This document shows positions 8,167-18,170 of a DNA stretch of 64,000 bases, piece by piece (the stretch's first letter is position 1; the number at the start of each line of letters is the position of its first letter). Below the pieces are notes generated by a model that saw only the letters and a program-made list of their open reading frames with translations, was not told the origin of the DNA and did not search any database. The DNA is taken from NCBI GenBank assembly GCA_015232365.1, contig JADFZU010000005.1, positions 19,683 through 83,682 of the forward strand, read 5' to 3'. This stretch comes from Magnetococcales bacterium. Lineage in GTDB: Bacteria; Pseudomonadota; Magnetococcia; Magnetococcales; JADFYX01. The position numbers were made by a program, and so were the translations under genes.

Positions 8167-8910
8167 TTAACCAAGTTTTTCCATCACTTCGTCGGGCACA
8201 TCCATATTAGAGTGAACATTCTGCACATCGTCATTATCTTCAAGCATATCCAAAAATTTAAAAAATGATTCGGCACCTTTTTCATCCAGCGTGGTGGTGT
8301 TTTGGGGAATCATGGCCAGCTTGGATGAGCTTGGGTTGTCAAAGCCAGCTTCAGCCAGGTTGTTTTTAACATCTTCAAAATCTTCCGGGCTGGTAATTAC
8401 TTCAAAAACGCCATCTTCAGCGATCATATCTTCTGCTCCAGCCTCTAATGCTGCCTCCATCAAACTATCTTCATCACCATTTTCAAAGATTAGCTGGCCT
8501 TTTTTATCAAACATAAAAGCGACACAACCAGCACTACCCATATTGCCGCCATATTTGGAAAAGATGTGGCGAACATCAGCAACAGTACGGTTGTTGTTAT
8601 CGGTCAGTGTATCGACCAGTACAGCAACCCCACCAGGACCATAGCCCTCAAAACGCACCTCTTTATAGTCAACACCGTCCAGATCACCGGAGCCACGTTT
8701 TACTGCTTTATCGATGGTATCTTTAGGCATATTGCCCTGTCTTGCAGCAATAATCGCAGATCGAAGTCTTGGGTTGGCAGCGGCATCTCCGCCACCAATT
8801 CTGGCTGCTGTGGTTATCTCCCTGATTAGTTTTGTAAAGATCTTGCCCCGCTTTTTATCCTGTGCACCTTTGCGGAACTTAATATTGGCCCATTTACTAT
8901 GTCCTGCCAT
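8167..8910 (-). CDS. yebC: YebC/PmpR family transcriptional regulator
   Basis: MAGHSKWANIKFRKG... is the canonical N-terminus, so the start is at 8910, not 8928. Located upstream of ruvC as usual. Confidence 0.9.
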   Translation of the reverse strand: MAGHSKWANIKFRKGAQDKKRGKIFTKLIREITTAARIGGGDAAANPRLRSAIIAARQGNMPKDTIDKAVKRGSGDLDGVDYKEVRFEGYGPGGVAVLVDTLTDNNNRTVADVRHIFSKYGGNMGSAGCVAFMFDKKGQLIFENGDEDSLMEAALEAGAEDMIAEDGVFEVITSPEDFEDVKNNLAEAGFDNPSSSKLAMIPQNTTTLDEKGAESFFKFLDMLEDNDDVQNVHSNMDVPDEVMEKLG

Positions 8911-9113
8911 CGCTTTACTCCACTCCACTAATTTAATTGATCCTTACGTTAATGGTAGACAACTCTATGCAAACTGTCTAGCGTAGCCGGTTATATTTTA
9001 TTTATTTTTCTAGGAGTCTTCCTATCTATATTAGTGATAACCGATCTGATCCCGTCCAGGATATTTTACAGCAGTCATTTGGCTATGACTCTTTCTGGGG
9101 GTTTCAGCGCGAG

Positions 9114-10877
9114 GTGATCGACCACACCTTGGCTGGTGGTGATTCTTTAGTCTTGATGCCTACTGGTGGTGGTAAATCTCTCTGCTATCAGATTCCATCC
9201 ATGCTTCGTGATGGTGTAGGTATAGTCGTCTCACCGCTTATAGCCCTGATGCGAGACCAGGTTACAGCTTTGCAGCAGAACGGTGTTCGGGCTGCCTATA
9301 TAAACTCCTCTTTAGAGTCCCATGAGGTTGGAGAGATATTTCGGCAGGTACGAATGGGTGAGTTGGATCTGCTCTATGTTGCTCCAGAACGGCTGTTGAT
9401 GGACCACTTTCTAGAGCTACTATCCACCCTTGAAATTGCTCTTTTTGCCGTTGATGAGGCCCACTGCGTCTCCCAATGGGGCCATGATTTCAGGCCTCAC
9501 TATCTGGGCTTGTCCATACTATCGCAACGTTTTCCAAATATTCCACGCATAGCCCTGACTGCGACAGCAGACGAGCCGACCCGTAACGAGATTTTAGAGC
9601 GGCTGAACCTTAAAAGTGCCAACATGTTTGTCGCCGGATTTGACCGGCCCAATATTCGTTATCATGTGCTTCCAAAGGACAGTCCCAAGCAGCAGTTGCT
9701 AAAATTTATCAACTCTGAGCATGAGGGGGAGTCCGGTATTGTCTACTGTCTCTCCAGAAGGCGGGTTGAGGAGACAGCAGACTGGCTGGTGGAAAAAGGT
9801 TGGAACGCTCTGCCCTATCATGCCGGAATGGATAAAGGGACCCGTCAGGAGCATCAAGACCGTTTTTTGCGGGAGGAGGGGGTGGTTATTGTTGCAACAA
9901 TCGCTTTTGGCATGGGGATTGATAAACCAGATGTCCGTTTTGTCGCCCATCTGGATCTACCAAAAAATTTAGAGTCCTACTATCAAGAGACCGGACGTGC
10001 CGGACGGGATGGCCTGCCCTCCAACGCATTTTTAACTTTTGGCATGGATGATATTGCCATGCTTAACAGTTTTATTGATAAATCTTCAGCCGAGGAGCGG
10101 GTTAAGCAGGTCGAAAGGCGAAAGTTGGCGGCAATTATTAGTTTTTGTGAGATTGCCTCATGCCGGAGGCAAGCGTTGATGCACTATTTTGGTGACCAAC
10201 ATCCAGAGCCAACCTGCGGCAACTGTGATAACTGTCTCTCCAAAGTTGAAACCTGGGATGGTCTGGAGACGGCACAGAAGGCTCTATCTTGTGTCTACAG
10301 AACCGGGCAACGTTTTGGTGTTATCTACATAATTGATGTTCTGCTTGGGGTTGTAAACGAGAGGATTATCAATTTTGGCCATAAAAATTTAAGTACCTTC
10401 GGCATAGGTAAAGAGCATAGCCGTGGAGTCTGGCGTTCGGTCTTTCGGCAGTTGACAGGAGCTGGCTATCTTGAGGTGGATTATGAAGGCCATGGTGGTT
10501 TGCGACTGACTGAGAGAAGCCGGGATGTTCTTCGTGGTGAGGTTGAGATTGCTTTTCGTAAAGATGCCAAGCAGATATCGGTCTTTGGTAGTAAGGCAAA
10601 AAATAAAATCAAGAGCAGAACAACAAGCCGAAAGAGAAAAAGCCAAGCTGTTTCTGGCAGTAACAACCCTTTGTGGGATGCCCTACGTTCTATGCGTCTT
10701 GAGTTGGCTAATAAACAGGGGATTCCTGCCTACATGATATTTTCTGATAAAACCATGGATAGCCTGGTTGACCTGAAGCCGAGAAACCTTGATGATTTAG
10801 GCGATGTTTATGGAATCGGAGCCAATAAACAGAAAAAATACGGCAAGGCTATTTTGAAGGTTCTGGCAGGAAAATAA
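9114..10877 (+). CDS. recQ: ATP-dependent DNA helicase RecQ (true start is upstream of 9114 and uncertain)
   Basis: [29 protein letters not shown], the zinc-finger Cys cluster ([11 protein letters not shown]...CGNCDNC) and a C-terminal HRDC domain. Conserved N-terminal residues [20 protein letters not shown] are encoded in frame at 9054-9113, but that stretch has no ATG/GTG/TTG. Confidence 0.9.
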   Translation: MIDHTLAGGDSLVLMPTGGGKSLCYQIPSMLRDGVGIVVSPLIALMRDQVTALQQNGVRAAYINSSLESHEVGEIFRQVRMGELDLLYVAPERLLMDHFLELLSTLEIALFAVDEAHCVSQWGHDFRPHYLGLSILSQRFPNIPRIALTATADEPTRNEILERLNLKSANMFVAGFDRPNIRYHVLPKDSPKQQLLKFINSEHEGESGIVYCLSRRRVEETADWLVEKGWNALPYHAGMDKGTRQEHQDRFLREEGVVIVATIAFGMGIDKPDVRFVAHLDLPKNLESYYQETGRAGRDGLPSNAFLTFGMDDIAMLNSFIDKSSAEERVKQVERRKLAAIISFCEIASCRRQALMHYFGDQHPEPTCGNCDNCLSKVETWDGLETAQKALSCVYRTGQRFGVIYIIDVLLGVVNERIINFGHKNLSTFGIGKEHSRGVWRSVFRQLTGAGYLEVDYEGHGGLRLTERSRDVLRGEVEIAFRKDAKQISVFGSKAKNKIKSRTTSRKRKSQAVSGSNNPLWDALRSMRLELANKQGIPAYMIFSDKTMDSLVDLKPRNLDDLGDVYGIGANKQKKYGKAILKVLAGK

Positions 10878-10891
10878 CTAGCCGGCATATC

Positions 10892-10926
10892 AAAAAATGC
10901 CCCGCCAATTGACAGGGCATTTTTTG
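10892..10926. terminator. Bidirectional rho-independent terminator between recQ and ppk2
   Basis: aaaaaatgccc-cgccaattgaca-gggcattttttgg: a GC-containing stem flanked by an A-run and a T-run. Confidence 0.7.
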
Positions 10927-10942
10927 GATGCGGTTTTAAAAT

Positions 10943-11803
10943 CTACTTACTTTTTTCTGCACCGTGGAACACTTCAGGAACCCAGGTCTGTTCATCAATT
11001 GGCGGTCTGACATATGATGATCCGGCTTTTCGTGGTGGTAGTTTGATCGGCTTTTTCGGAATCAGATTTTCATAAGGGATCTGGCTTAAAAGGTGGTGAA
11101 TACAGTTTAGGCGGGCATGCTTTTTAACGTCAGCATTAACCACATGCCAAGGAGCCTGTTTAATGTCGGTGTAGGCAAACATAGCGTCTTTAGCTTTTGA
11201 ATACTCTACCCAACGACTACGGGACTCAAGATCCATTGGACTGATTTTCCACTGCTTTGTTGGGTCAAGAGTACGGCTTTTGAAACGACGCTCTTGCTCT
11301 TCATCACTAACTGAGAACCAATATTTGATCAAGATAATACCGGAACGAACCAACATTCTTTCAAACTCAGGGCAGGAGCGAAGAAACTCACGGTACTCTT
11401 CATCGGTACAAAAACCCATAACGTGCTCAACACCAGCTCTATTGTACCAGCTACGGTCGAAAAGTACCATCTCACCTTTTGCAGGCAGGTGGGGAACATA
11501 GCGTTGGAAATACCATTGGCTTTTTTCTCTTTCAGTAGGCGTGCCGAGAGCAACAACTTTGGCAATCCGTGGACTTAATGATTCAGTAATACGCTTGATT
11601 ACACCGCCTTTACCAGCGGCATCACGCCCCTCAAACAGAACAACAACCCGCAGACCTTTCTGGGTGATCCACTCTTGTAGTTTAACCAGCTCAACTTGTA
11701 GTTTGGCTAGCTCTTTCAGATAATTTTCGTTACTGATTTTTTTGTACTCTTTACGTCCAGTAGATTGTGTACCACTCTTTGTCTCAGATTTCTTTTTAGC
11801 CAT
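10943..11803 (-). CDS. ppk2: Polyphosphate kinase 2 (single-domain PPK2)
   Basis: VVLFEGRDAAGKGG Walker A, FDRSWYNRAGVE and the lid region, all typical of PPK2. Confidence 0.9.
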   Translation of the reverse strand: MAKKKSETKSGTQSTGRKEYKKISNENYLKELAKLQVELVKLQEWITQKGLRVVVLFEGRDAAGKGGVIKRITESLSPRIAKVVALGTPTEREKSQWYFQRYVPHLPAKGEMVLFDRSWYNRAGVEHVMGFCTDEEYREFLRSCPEFERMLVRSGIILIKYWFSVSDEEQERRFKSRTLDPTKQWKISPMDLESRSRWVEYSKAKDAMFAYTDIKQAPWHVVNADVKKHARLNCIHHLLSQIPYENLIPKKPIKLPPRKAGSSYVRPPIDEQTWVPEVFHGAEKSK

Positions 11804-12285
11804 TTATTTTTTCTCCAATAAAAAACAGATGTTACCTAATTTGATCTTAAACTATGCAATTGTTGTTAAGACTGCCTTATACCACCACTTACAGATACAT
11901 ATCTAGTGATGAAGATCTTAAATATGATATTGAAAAACTGTGTGCAGGCTTTGTTAGTATTTGATTAACAATAAATTTTCATATTATAAACTGTCTAGAG
12001 CCATTTTGAGGTTAGTGATAATGTTTGTTAGATAAATCAAATAGTTAAGATGTTGTTGTTACGTTTTGTGAAAAAAAAGAATAGGTTAAGGTGTTTAGTT
12101 TATTTATCCATGCATGGACAAACAGCCTGATTCTATTTTTTATATGTGATTTACAAGGCAATTTTACGGATTTTGCTCTTTTTAGATTGCTGAAAGCAGG
12201 TTTTCTTATTAGAATGCACAGTTTGCCATATATGTATTTGGCTGGTGTGGTTAATTCGTTCGATTTAAACAGAAAGGGGATTTCC

Positions 12286-13071
12286 ATGGGACGGCGAGCC
12301 TTAATAGTCGGAAACTGGAAAATGAACGGGTTGATTGAGATAACCCGTGGTTTAGCAGGAGATATTCTTGCTGGGTTAACTAATAGAGAGAAAAAACGGA
12401 TGATGTGCGAGGTGGTGATCTGTCCCCCTTTCACAGGACTGTATAATCTAAGCGAGTTTTTGGCTGGTTCAGCACTAAAACTTGGTGGGCAGAACATGTC
12501 CGAGTATACTGCTGGTGCTCATACAGGTGAGATTTCCGGCATTATGTTGCGTAATGTTGGTTGTTGGTATGTTCTTCTTGGCCACTCTGAAAGACGGGCC
12601 GATAATTTTGAAGATAATGACCAGGTAGGGAGAAAGACTGCTGCTGCACTTCGTGATGGATTGGTACCTATTGTCTGTCTTGGTGAAACATTAGAAGAGA
12701 GGGAGCAATCCCGTACTCTAGAGGTGATTGAAGCTCAGCTATCGGCAGTTTTATCAGAGTTTTCTGCTAGTAAGGGTAAATCTCATCAGTTGGTTCTGGC
12801 TTATGAGCCTGTATGGGCTATTGGTACTGGTAAAAACGCCACTCCAGAGCAGGTGCAGGAGGTTCACGCATTTATTCGCAAACTGCTTGCCGATGCACTA
12901 GGGGCAGAGTTTGCTGATAAAATACGCATTCTTTATGGCGGTTCGGTAAAACCTGATAATGCAGAAAAACTTTTTAGGTTAGATGATGTTGATGGTGGTT
13001 TGATTGGCGGAGCATCTTTAAATGCCTCGGATTTTTTAGCAATTATTGATGCTTACCCAAATAATCTATAA
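12286..13071 (+). CDS. tpiA: Triosephosphate isomerase
   Basis: GNWKMNG, GHSERR and AYEPVWAIGTG motifs. I place the start at ATG 12286, preceded by aaagggga; the 65-aa extension in the ORF track is non-homologous. Confidence 0.95.
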   Translation: MGRRALIVGNWKMNGLIEITRGLAGDILAGLTNREKKRMMCEVVICPPFTGLYNLSEFLAGSALKLGGQNMSEYTAGAHTGEISGIMLRNVGCWYVLLGHSERRADNFEDNDQVGRKTAAALRDGLVPIVCLGETLEEREQSRTLEVIEAQLSAVLSEFSASKGKSHQLVLAYEPVWAIGTGKNATPEQVQEVHAFIRKLLADALGAEFADKIRILYGGSVKPDNAEKLFRLDDVDGGLIGGASLNASDFLAIIDAYPNNL

Positions 13072-13141
13072 TATACGATTTTTAAATTATAAATAGATAG
13101 GTACTTTTTGTCGGTTTGATTCTAATGGAGTAGGGTTAGTT

Positions 13142-13522
13142 ATGGATTTAGTAGTTACGGTTGCACATATAATTGCATGTTTTACACTCATTTTTGTAGT
13201 GCTCTTGCAAAAAGGTAGTGGAGCCGATATGGGGGCAGCGTTTGGCGGTGGCAGCTCAGAGAGTGTTTTTGGAGCACGAGGTTCAGGTAGTTTTCTTGGT
13301 AAGTTAACTGCTGGTGTTGCAACCATCTACATGCTAACCAGCCTTACCCTGGCTTTTTTCACTACAAAGCAGGGAGACGGGGTCTCAGTAATGGAGAAAG
13401 CAACTATTGAACAGAAGGTAGCTCCAGTTGAGGTTCCTGCATCGCCGATGCCGCCAAAATCAGGTGCAGCGGAGTCAAATTCATCACCAGCTACAGCCAA
13501 GCCAATTCCTCTGCCAGAGTAA
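13142..13522 (+). CDS. secG: Preprotein translocase subunit SecG
   Basis: VVLLQKGSGADMGAAFGGG...FGARG motif and two TM helices. The tpiA-secG synteny is classical. Confidence 0.85.
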   Translation: MDLVVTVAHIIACFTLIFVVLLQKGSGADMGAAFGGGSSESVFGARGSGSFLGKLTAGVATIYMLTSLTLAFFTTKQGDGVSVMEKATIEQKVAPVEVPASPMPPKSGAAESNSSPATAKPIPLPE

Positions 13523-13554
13523 CATTTTGCCAGAGCTGTTTCAGTCATATAAGA

Positions 13555-13602
13555 TAAAAAACCCCGGTCAATTGATCTATCTTGGCCGGGGTTTTTGTTT
13601 TT
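13555..13602. terminator. Bidirectional rho-independent terminator (secG / 13602-14651 gene)
   Basis: aaaaaaccccgg...ccggggtttttgtttttt: stem ccccgg (13562-13567) / ccgggg (13586-13591), with an A-run upstream and T-runs downstream. Confidence 0.7.
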
Positions 13603-14651
13603 TATTTAGCGTGTCGATAATGATTCGCCATAATCTCGTTTTTTCTAGCACACCAGCCATTATATAGATCTGCCCAAGCATTGATATGTTGGGAGACCAG
13701 CCTCTCATTTTTTACATAGTTATAAGCGTTTGTTGCTAGTTTGTTGGCAATGTTCTGGTCTTTCGCAAGTTTTTTTAATTGCTGGCCGAACTCTTGGGGA
13801 GTCTCAAATAGTAAACCGGTTTTTTCATGGATAATAGTCGTGCCATATACTGTATTGCTTGCAATTACTGCTGAACTTGAAGCAGAGGACTCAAGATATT
13901 TTACATCTGATTTAGCCAGGTTAAAAAAACTATTACCAAGAATGCATAGGGATATATTGAGCTTTTTCAAGAAATCCATATATTTATTGCGTGATAATAG
14001 TGGAAAAAACCGTTTGTTTGTAGAGGTAATAGAGTTGAATATATCATGGTCGCCAACAATCCATGTCTCTACTCTTACCCCTTCAGCCTCAAGCTCTGCT
14101 ATAGCTCTGTTATACTCATCTTGAATAGTATACCAGTCCTGGTAGTGGTCTAGGCCTGCTGCGTAACCAATAATAACCGGACCTTCCTGACCTCTCTTAT
14201 CAATAAAATCTTCAATGTGCTCTAGTTGGTTGGTAATAACGGCAACTTCACTGTTTAAAGGTCTGATTCTCTCTGCAAGTTGCAAAGTGCTGCACTGGAC
14301 AGCATGGCAAGAACTGATAAAAGCTTCTATGGACTGACCATAATCAACAGGAGCTTGTTTGGCATATCTGGATTCAGGATTCAGGTGCATTAGGTCGTCA
14401 TCAATCTCATAAACAGTAAATTTTCCAGCCTGTATTAATCCATCTAACAGCGGTTTGAATTCTTGATTTAATGGAGCTCTTTGTATAACAACAATGTCAG
14501 CATTTTGAACTATTTCATCAAACTCTTTTTGGGTAATATCGGAGAAGCAGGTTATTTTAAAGTCACCAGAGTTGTTTAAGATTTTTCTAGGCATATCCAG
14601 GCGGTATGGAGAGCAGACTGGATTTGTAGCAAATTGGTAAATATGCTTCAC
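13602..14651 (-). CDS. Putative GT-B fold glycosyltransferase (family 1-like), function unknown
   Basis: The C-terminal half resembles the GT1 nucleotide-sugar binding region (YLESSAS..VIASN..YGTTIIHEKTGLLFETPQEF). The N-terminal half is not recognisable. Solitary gene bracketed by terminator-like structures. Confidence 0.4.
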   Translation of the reverse strand: MKHIYQFATNPVCSPYRLDMPRKILNNSGDFKITCFSDITQKEFDEIVQNADIVVIQRAPLNQEFKPLLDGLIQAGKFTVYEIDDDLMHLNPESRYAKQAPVDYGQSIEAFISSCHAVQCSTLQLAERIRPLNSEVAVITNQLEHIEDFIDKRGQEGPVIIGYAAGLDHYQDWYTIQDEYNRAIAELEAEGVRVETWIVGDHDIFNSITSTNKRFFPLLSRNKYMDFLKKLNISLCILGNSFFNLAKSDVKYLESSASSSAVIASNTVYGTTIIHEKTGLLFETPQEFGQQLKKLAKDQNIANKLATNAYNYVKNERLVSQHINAWADLYNGWCARKNEIMANHYRHAK

Positions 14652-14671
14652 AAAAAGTGCCTTTTTTATTT

Positions 14672-14740
14672 AAAAAAAATCATGGGATTGGTCTGGGAAG
14701 GTGGGTTGCCCCTTCCCAGTGGGTTGGGGCTAAGCCCCAA
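14672..14740. repeat. Dispersed repeat family R2, copy 1 (double hairpin downstream of ettA)
   Basis: atgggattggtctgggaaggtgggttgccccttcccagtgggttggggctaagccccaa contains stems ctgggaagg/ccttcccag and ttggggc/gccccaa. About 70% identical by eye to 51751-51818. Confidence 0.6.
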
Positions 14741-14751
14741 TTTTCAAAGGT

Positions 14752-16431
14752 CTAATGGGTTAGTTTTTTGTATTTAACCCGTTTTGGATTATCAGCATCT
14801 ACACCCAACCGTTTGTGTCGGTCAGCTTCATAGTCCTGATAGTTTCCGGCAAAAAAGGTGACTTTCGAGTCGCCTTCAAAAGCTAGAATATGGGTGGCGA
14901 TACGGTCAAGAAACCAGCGGTCATGGGAGACAACAATGGCACTACCGGGAAACTCATTCAGAGCCTCTTCTAAAGCTCGTAGAGTTTCAACATCAAGATC
15001 GTTGGTTGGCTCATCCAGAAGGAGAACGTTGCCGCCAGCTTTTACCACTTTGGCAAGGTGGACCCGGTTGCGTTCACCGCCGGAGAGAAATTTAATCTTT
15101 TTCTGCTGATCAGCCCCCTTGAAATTAAACCAGGAGACATAGGCCCTTGAGTTTACCTCACGGTCGCCAAGATCAAGCATGTCTTTATCCTCGGAGATAA
15201 TATCCCAAACATTTTTTTCCGGGTCCATTCCCTCCCGGCTTTGATCTACATGGGCCAGTTTAACCGTCTCACCAAGGTTTAATGTACCGCTGTCTGGAGA
15301 CTCTGTACCGCTCATCATTCGCAGAAATGTGGTTTTACCAGCACCATTGCCGCCAATAATGCCCAATATTCCCCCTTGGGGCAGCATAAACGAGAGGTCA
15401 TCGATCAATAGTCGATCACCAAAGCCCTTGCAGAGGTTTTTTGCCTCTAATACCACATCACCAAGACGAGGGCCGGTAGGTATAAACAGGGTGTTGGTCT
15501 CACGCCTTTTCTCTCTGGATATTCTTGACATCTCTTCATAAGAGCGGAGGCGGGCTTTACCCTTTGACTGTCGGGCTTTTTGCGAGGAGTTTACCCACTC
15601 AAGCTCAGTTTTAAGCCGTTTAGAGAGAGAGTCGCCCTCTCGTTTTTCTTGAGCTAAACGGTCGCTCTTCTGTTTGAGCCATGAGGAGTAGTTGCCCTCC
15701 CATGGAATACCACGGCCCCGGTCAAGCTCGAGAATCCAACCGGCAACATTATCAAGAAAATAACGGTCATGGGTCACAGCCACTACAGTGCCAGGATAGT
15801 CGTGAAGAAACCTCTCAAGCCAGGCGACGGATTCGGCATCAAGATGGTTGGTAGGTTCGTCAAGGAGTAGCATATCCGGGGCCGATAGCAGTAGTCGGCA
15901 TAGAGCTACCCGGCGAATTTCACCTCCTGATAGTTTCGTTACGTCGGCATCCCAAGGTGGTAGACGCAGAGCATCTGCGGCTATCTCCAGTTTCCGGTCT
16001 AGATCCCAACCATCAATTTGATCTATGGACTCTTGAAGTTCGCCCTGTTCTTGAATCAAGGCGTTCATCTCGTCATCGTCAGTGATTTCTCCAAACTTCA
16101 TGGAGACTTCATTAAAGCGGTCCAGCAGAGCTTTGGTCTCAGCAACTCCTTCCTCTACATTACCCCGAACATCTTTGTTAGGGTCCAACAGTGGCTCCTG
16201 GGGGAGGTATCCAGCCTTAACTCCTGCTGCTGGTGCTGCCTCACCATTAAACTCTGTATCAAGGCCAGCCATAATTTTAAGTAGTGATGATTTACCAGAT
16301 CCGTTAAGGCCAAGAACGCCAATTTTTGCACCTGGATAAAATGATAGGCTGATATCTTCCAAGATAACCCTTTTCGGTGGGACTACCTTGGTTACTTTAT
16401 GCATGGTGAAAATATATTGAGGATTTGCCAT
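14752..16431 (-). CDS. ettA: Energy-dependent translational throttle protein EttA (ABC-F ATPase)
   Basis: Two ABC cassettes (GLNGSGKSS / GGNGAGKTT, LSGGE signatures) and the characteristic N-terminus MANPQYIFTMHKVTKVVPPKR. No TM domain. Confidence 0.95.
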   Translation of the reverse strand: MANPQYIFTMHKVTKVVPPKRVILEDISLSFYPGAKIGVLGLNGSGKSSLLKIMAGLDTEFNGEAAPAAGVKAGYLPQEPLLDPNKDVRGNVEEGVAETKALLDRFNEVSMKFGEITDDDEMNALIQEQGELQESIDQIDGWDLDRKLEIAADALRLPPWDADVTKLSGGEIRRVALCRLLLSAPDMLLLDEPTNHLDAESVAWLERFLHDYPGTVVAVTHDRYFLDNVAGWILELDRGRGIPWEGNYSSWLKQKSDRLAQEKREGDSLSKRLKTELEWVNSSQKARQSKGKARLRSYEEMSRISREKRRETNTLFIPTGPRLGDVVLEAKNLCKGFGDRLLIDDLSFMLPQGGILGIIGGNGAGKTTFLRMMSGTESPDSGTLNLGETVKLAHVDQSREGMDPEKNVWDIISEDKDMLDLGDREVNSRAYVSWFNFKGADQQKKIKFLSGGERNRVHLAKVVKAGGNVLLLDEPTNDLDVETLRALEEALNEFPGSAIVVSHDRWFLDRIATHILAFEGDSKVTFFAGNYQDYEADRHKRLGVDADNPKRVKYKKLTH

Positions 16432-17373
16432 TTATCTGTTTCCAGTTTTCAGTGGTGTTAACCAGGCCGCATGTTTATGGTGACGACCATTAACTACATC
16501 AAAATAGAGGCTCTGGACTCTTTTGGTTATGGGGCCAGCTTTACCGCTTCCGATTGTTCTGCCATCCAACTCCCGGATTGGGGTTATTTCAGCAGCAGTT
16601 CCAGTGAAGAATGCTTCGTCAGCAATCAAAACTTCATCACGTGGGAAACGTTGTTCTACAATCTCAACTCCGATCTCTTTAGCTAAAACAAATACGGTGT
16701 CACGGGTGATGCCATCCAAGGCAGAGTCTAGAGGAGGGGTGATGATCCGGCCATTTTTTACAATAAAAATATTCTCCCCAGAGCCTTCAGAGACATACCC
16801 TTCAGTATCAAGGAGCAGAGCCTCTTCAAAACCACAGGATAGAGCCTCTGTTTTAGCCAGAATTGAGTTTGAATAGTTACCAACTGCCTTGGCTCTGGTC
16901 ATTGTGACATTGGGATGGTGCCGGGTATATGAAGAGGTTTTAATACGAATTCCGTTGGTCATTCCATCCTCGCCAAGGTAGGCTCCCCACTCCCAGGCAG
17001 CAATAGAGACATGAACTTTACAGTTTGCGGTATTGATTCCCATACTCTCTGCACCAAAAAATACCAATGGGCGTATATAGGCTGAAGGGAGCCTGTTCTC
17101 TTCTACTGCGGCAATGCATGCGTGGATAATCTCATCTTTACGAAATGGGATCTTCATACCCAAAATATGGGCAGACTTAAATAGTCTGTTTATATGTTCT
17201 GAGAGGCGAAAAATAGCAGGGCCATCCACACCTTCATAACAGCGTATGCCTTCAAACACCCCCATACCGTAGTGCAGTGTGTGGGTTAGGACGTGGACCT
17301 TGGCATCACGCCAATCAACCATCTTCCCGTCCATCCATATTTTTCCGTCTCTATCTCCCATGGAATTACTCAA
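16432..17373 (-). CDS. ilvE: Branched-chain amino acid aminotransferase
   Basis: Fold-type IV PLP enzyme: HYGMGVFEGIRCY, PSAYIRP, TRAKAVGNYSNS, EGSGENIF, TGTAAEITPI. Confidence 0.95.
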   Translation of the reverse strand: MSNSMGDRDGKIWMDGKMVDWRDAKVHVLTHTLHYGMGVFEGIRCYEGVDGPAIFRLSEHINRLFKSAHILGMKIPFRKDEIIHACIAAVEENRLPSAYIRPLVFFGAESMGINTANCKVHVSIAAWEWGAYLGEDGMTNGIRIKTSSYTRHHPNVTMTRAKAVGNYSNSILAKTEALSCGFEEALLLDTEGYVSEGSGENIFIVKNGRIITPPLDSALDGITRDTVFVLAKEIGVEIVEQRFPRDEVLIADEAFFTGTAAEITPIRELDGRTIGSGKAGPITKRVQSLYFDVVNGRHHKHAAWLTPLKTGNR

Positions 17374-17643
17374 TGGTCTGTTCCTTATTTCGTCAACTTT
17401 TTTGAGGTTTATATAGGCATTAATGTCAAAAAAAAATCACTTCAACCTCTCATTGTCGCTTTCTATGGCTCAGTGATCAAGCCATGTTGCAAATAATTGT
17501 AAAAAAAAAGCTGAAAATATTTTTTTTTTGCAGTTTATCAAAAAAAACAAGTCTGTTGGAATAGGGCAGATACTTAAAAACAAACAAATTTTTTTTGTGG
17601 TTTTCTTTAGTAAAATTTATTGAAAGATTGAGGGGTTAATTGA

Positions 17644-17659
17644 TGGTACTGGATTTGCT
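17644..17659 (+). promoter_or_regulatory. Sigma-54 (-24/-12) promoter candidate for the 17697-18557 operon
   Basis: TGGTACtggatTTGCT versus the consensus TGGCAC-N5-TTGCW: GG and GC have exact spacing and there is one mismatch. It lies 38 nt upstream of ATG 17697. Long A/T tracts lie 60-150 nt upstream. Confidence 0.55.
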
Positions 17660-17696
17660 TTGAGTGCTGATAGATACCATAAACTAGGAGGATAAA

Positions 17697-18110
17697 ATGA
17701 GTGGACCTATTGGCTCAGTAATTTCACCCCTGCAACAGCTAAGAGGGCAAAACCCAGGTAGTAGCAGAGTAGAAATACATTTAGGTAGCAGTGAATATCA
17801 GTTTAATCAGGTTTTGGACCTGGTTGCACCTGGAGGTGGTGGTAGTGGGTACTTGTCTAGCGGCAACGCTGCTCACTACGACGAAGAGTCGATAGATCAG
17901 GTGAACGCTATGCTGAATGAGAGAGACAGTCAAAAGAGTGCTTGGAACAGTATGGCTGCCACAGTGCAAAAGCACAATTTTGACTCTACTGGTCTTTCGG
18001 CCAATCTAGGGCGGAACTCTTACAAGGTTTACTCAAATGCACTGACAAATGTTGATATCTCTAAACAGAGTGAGGTAATTGCCCCGGGTGGGATAAACTT
18101 TCAGTACTAG
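17697..18110 (+). CDS. Hypothetical protein (137 aa, no recognisable domain)
   Basis: Good RBS (aggagg, 7 nt before the ATG). Gly/Ser/Asn/Gln-rich, with no TM helix or signal peptide. Confidence 0.5.
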   Translation: MSGPIGSVISPLQQLRGQNPGSSRVEIHLGSSEYQFNQVLDLVAPGGGGSGYLSSGNAAHYDEESIDQVNAMLNERDSQKSAWNSMAATVQKHNFDSTGLSANLGRNSYKVYSNALTNVDISKQSEVIAPGGINFQY

Positions 18111-18170
18111 CCAGATGAAATATCAGGTTGGAATTAAATTTTAATTAGCAGATGTTTATATAGAAAGGTA

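Noticed and set aside
12045-12497. 150-aa minus-strand ORF and the 65-aa N-terminal extension of tpiA (12091-12285)
   Set aside because: AT-rich low-complexity sequence. The TPI homology begins at Met 12286, which has its own RBS, and the minus-strand ORF overlaps the tpiA 5' end.
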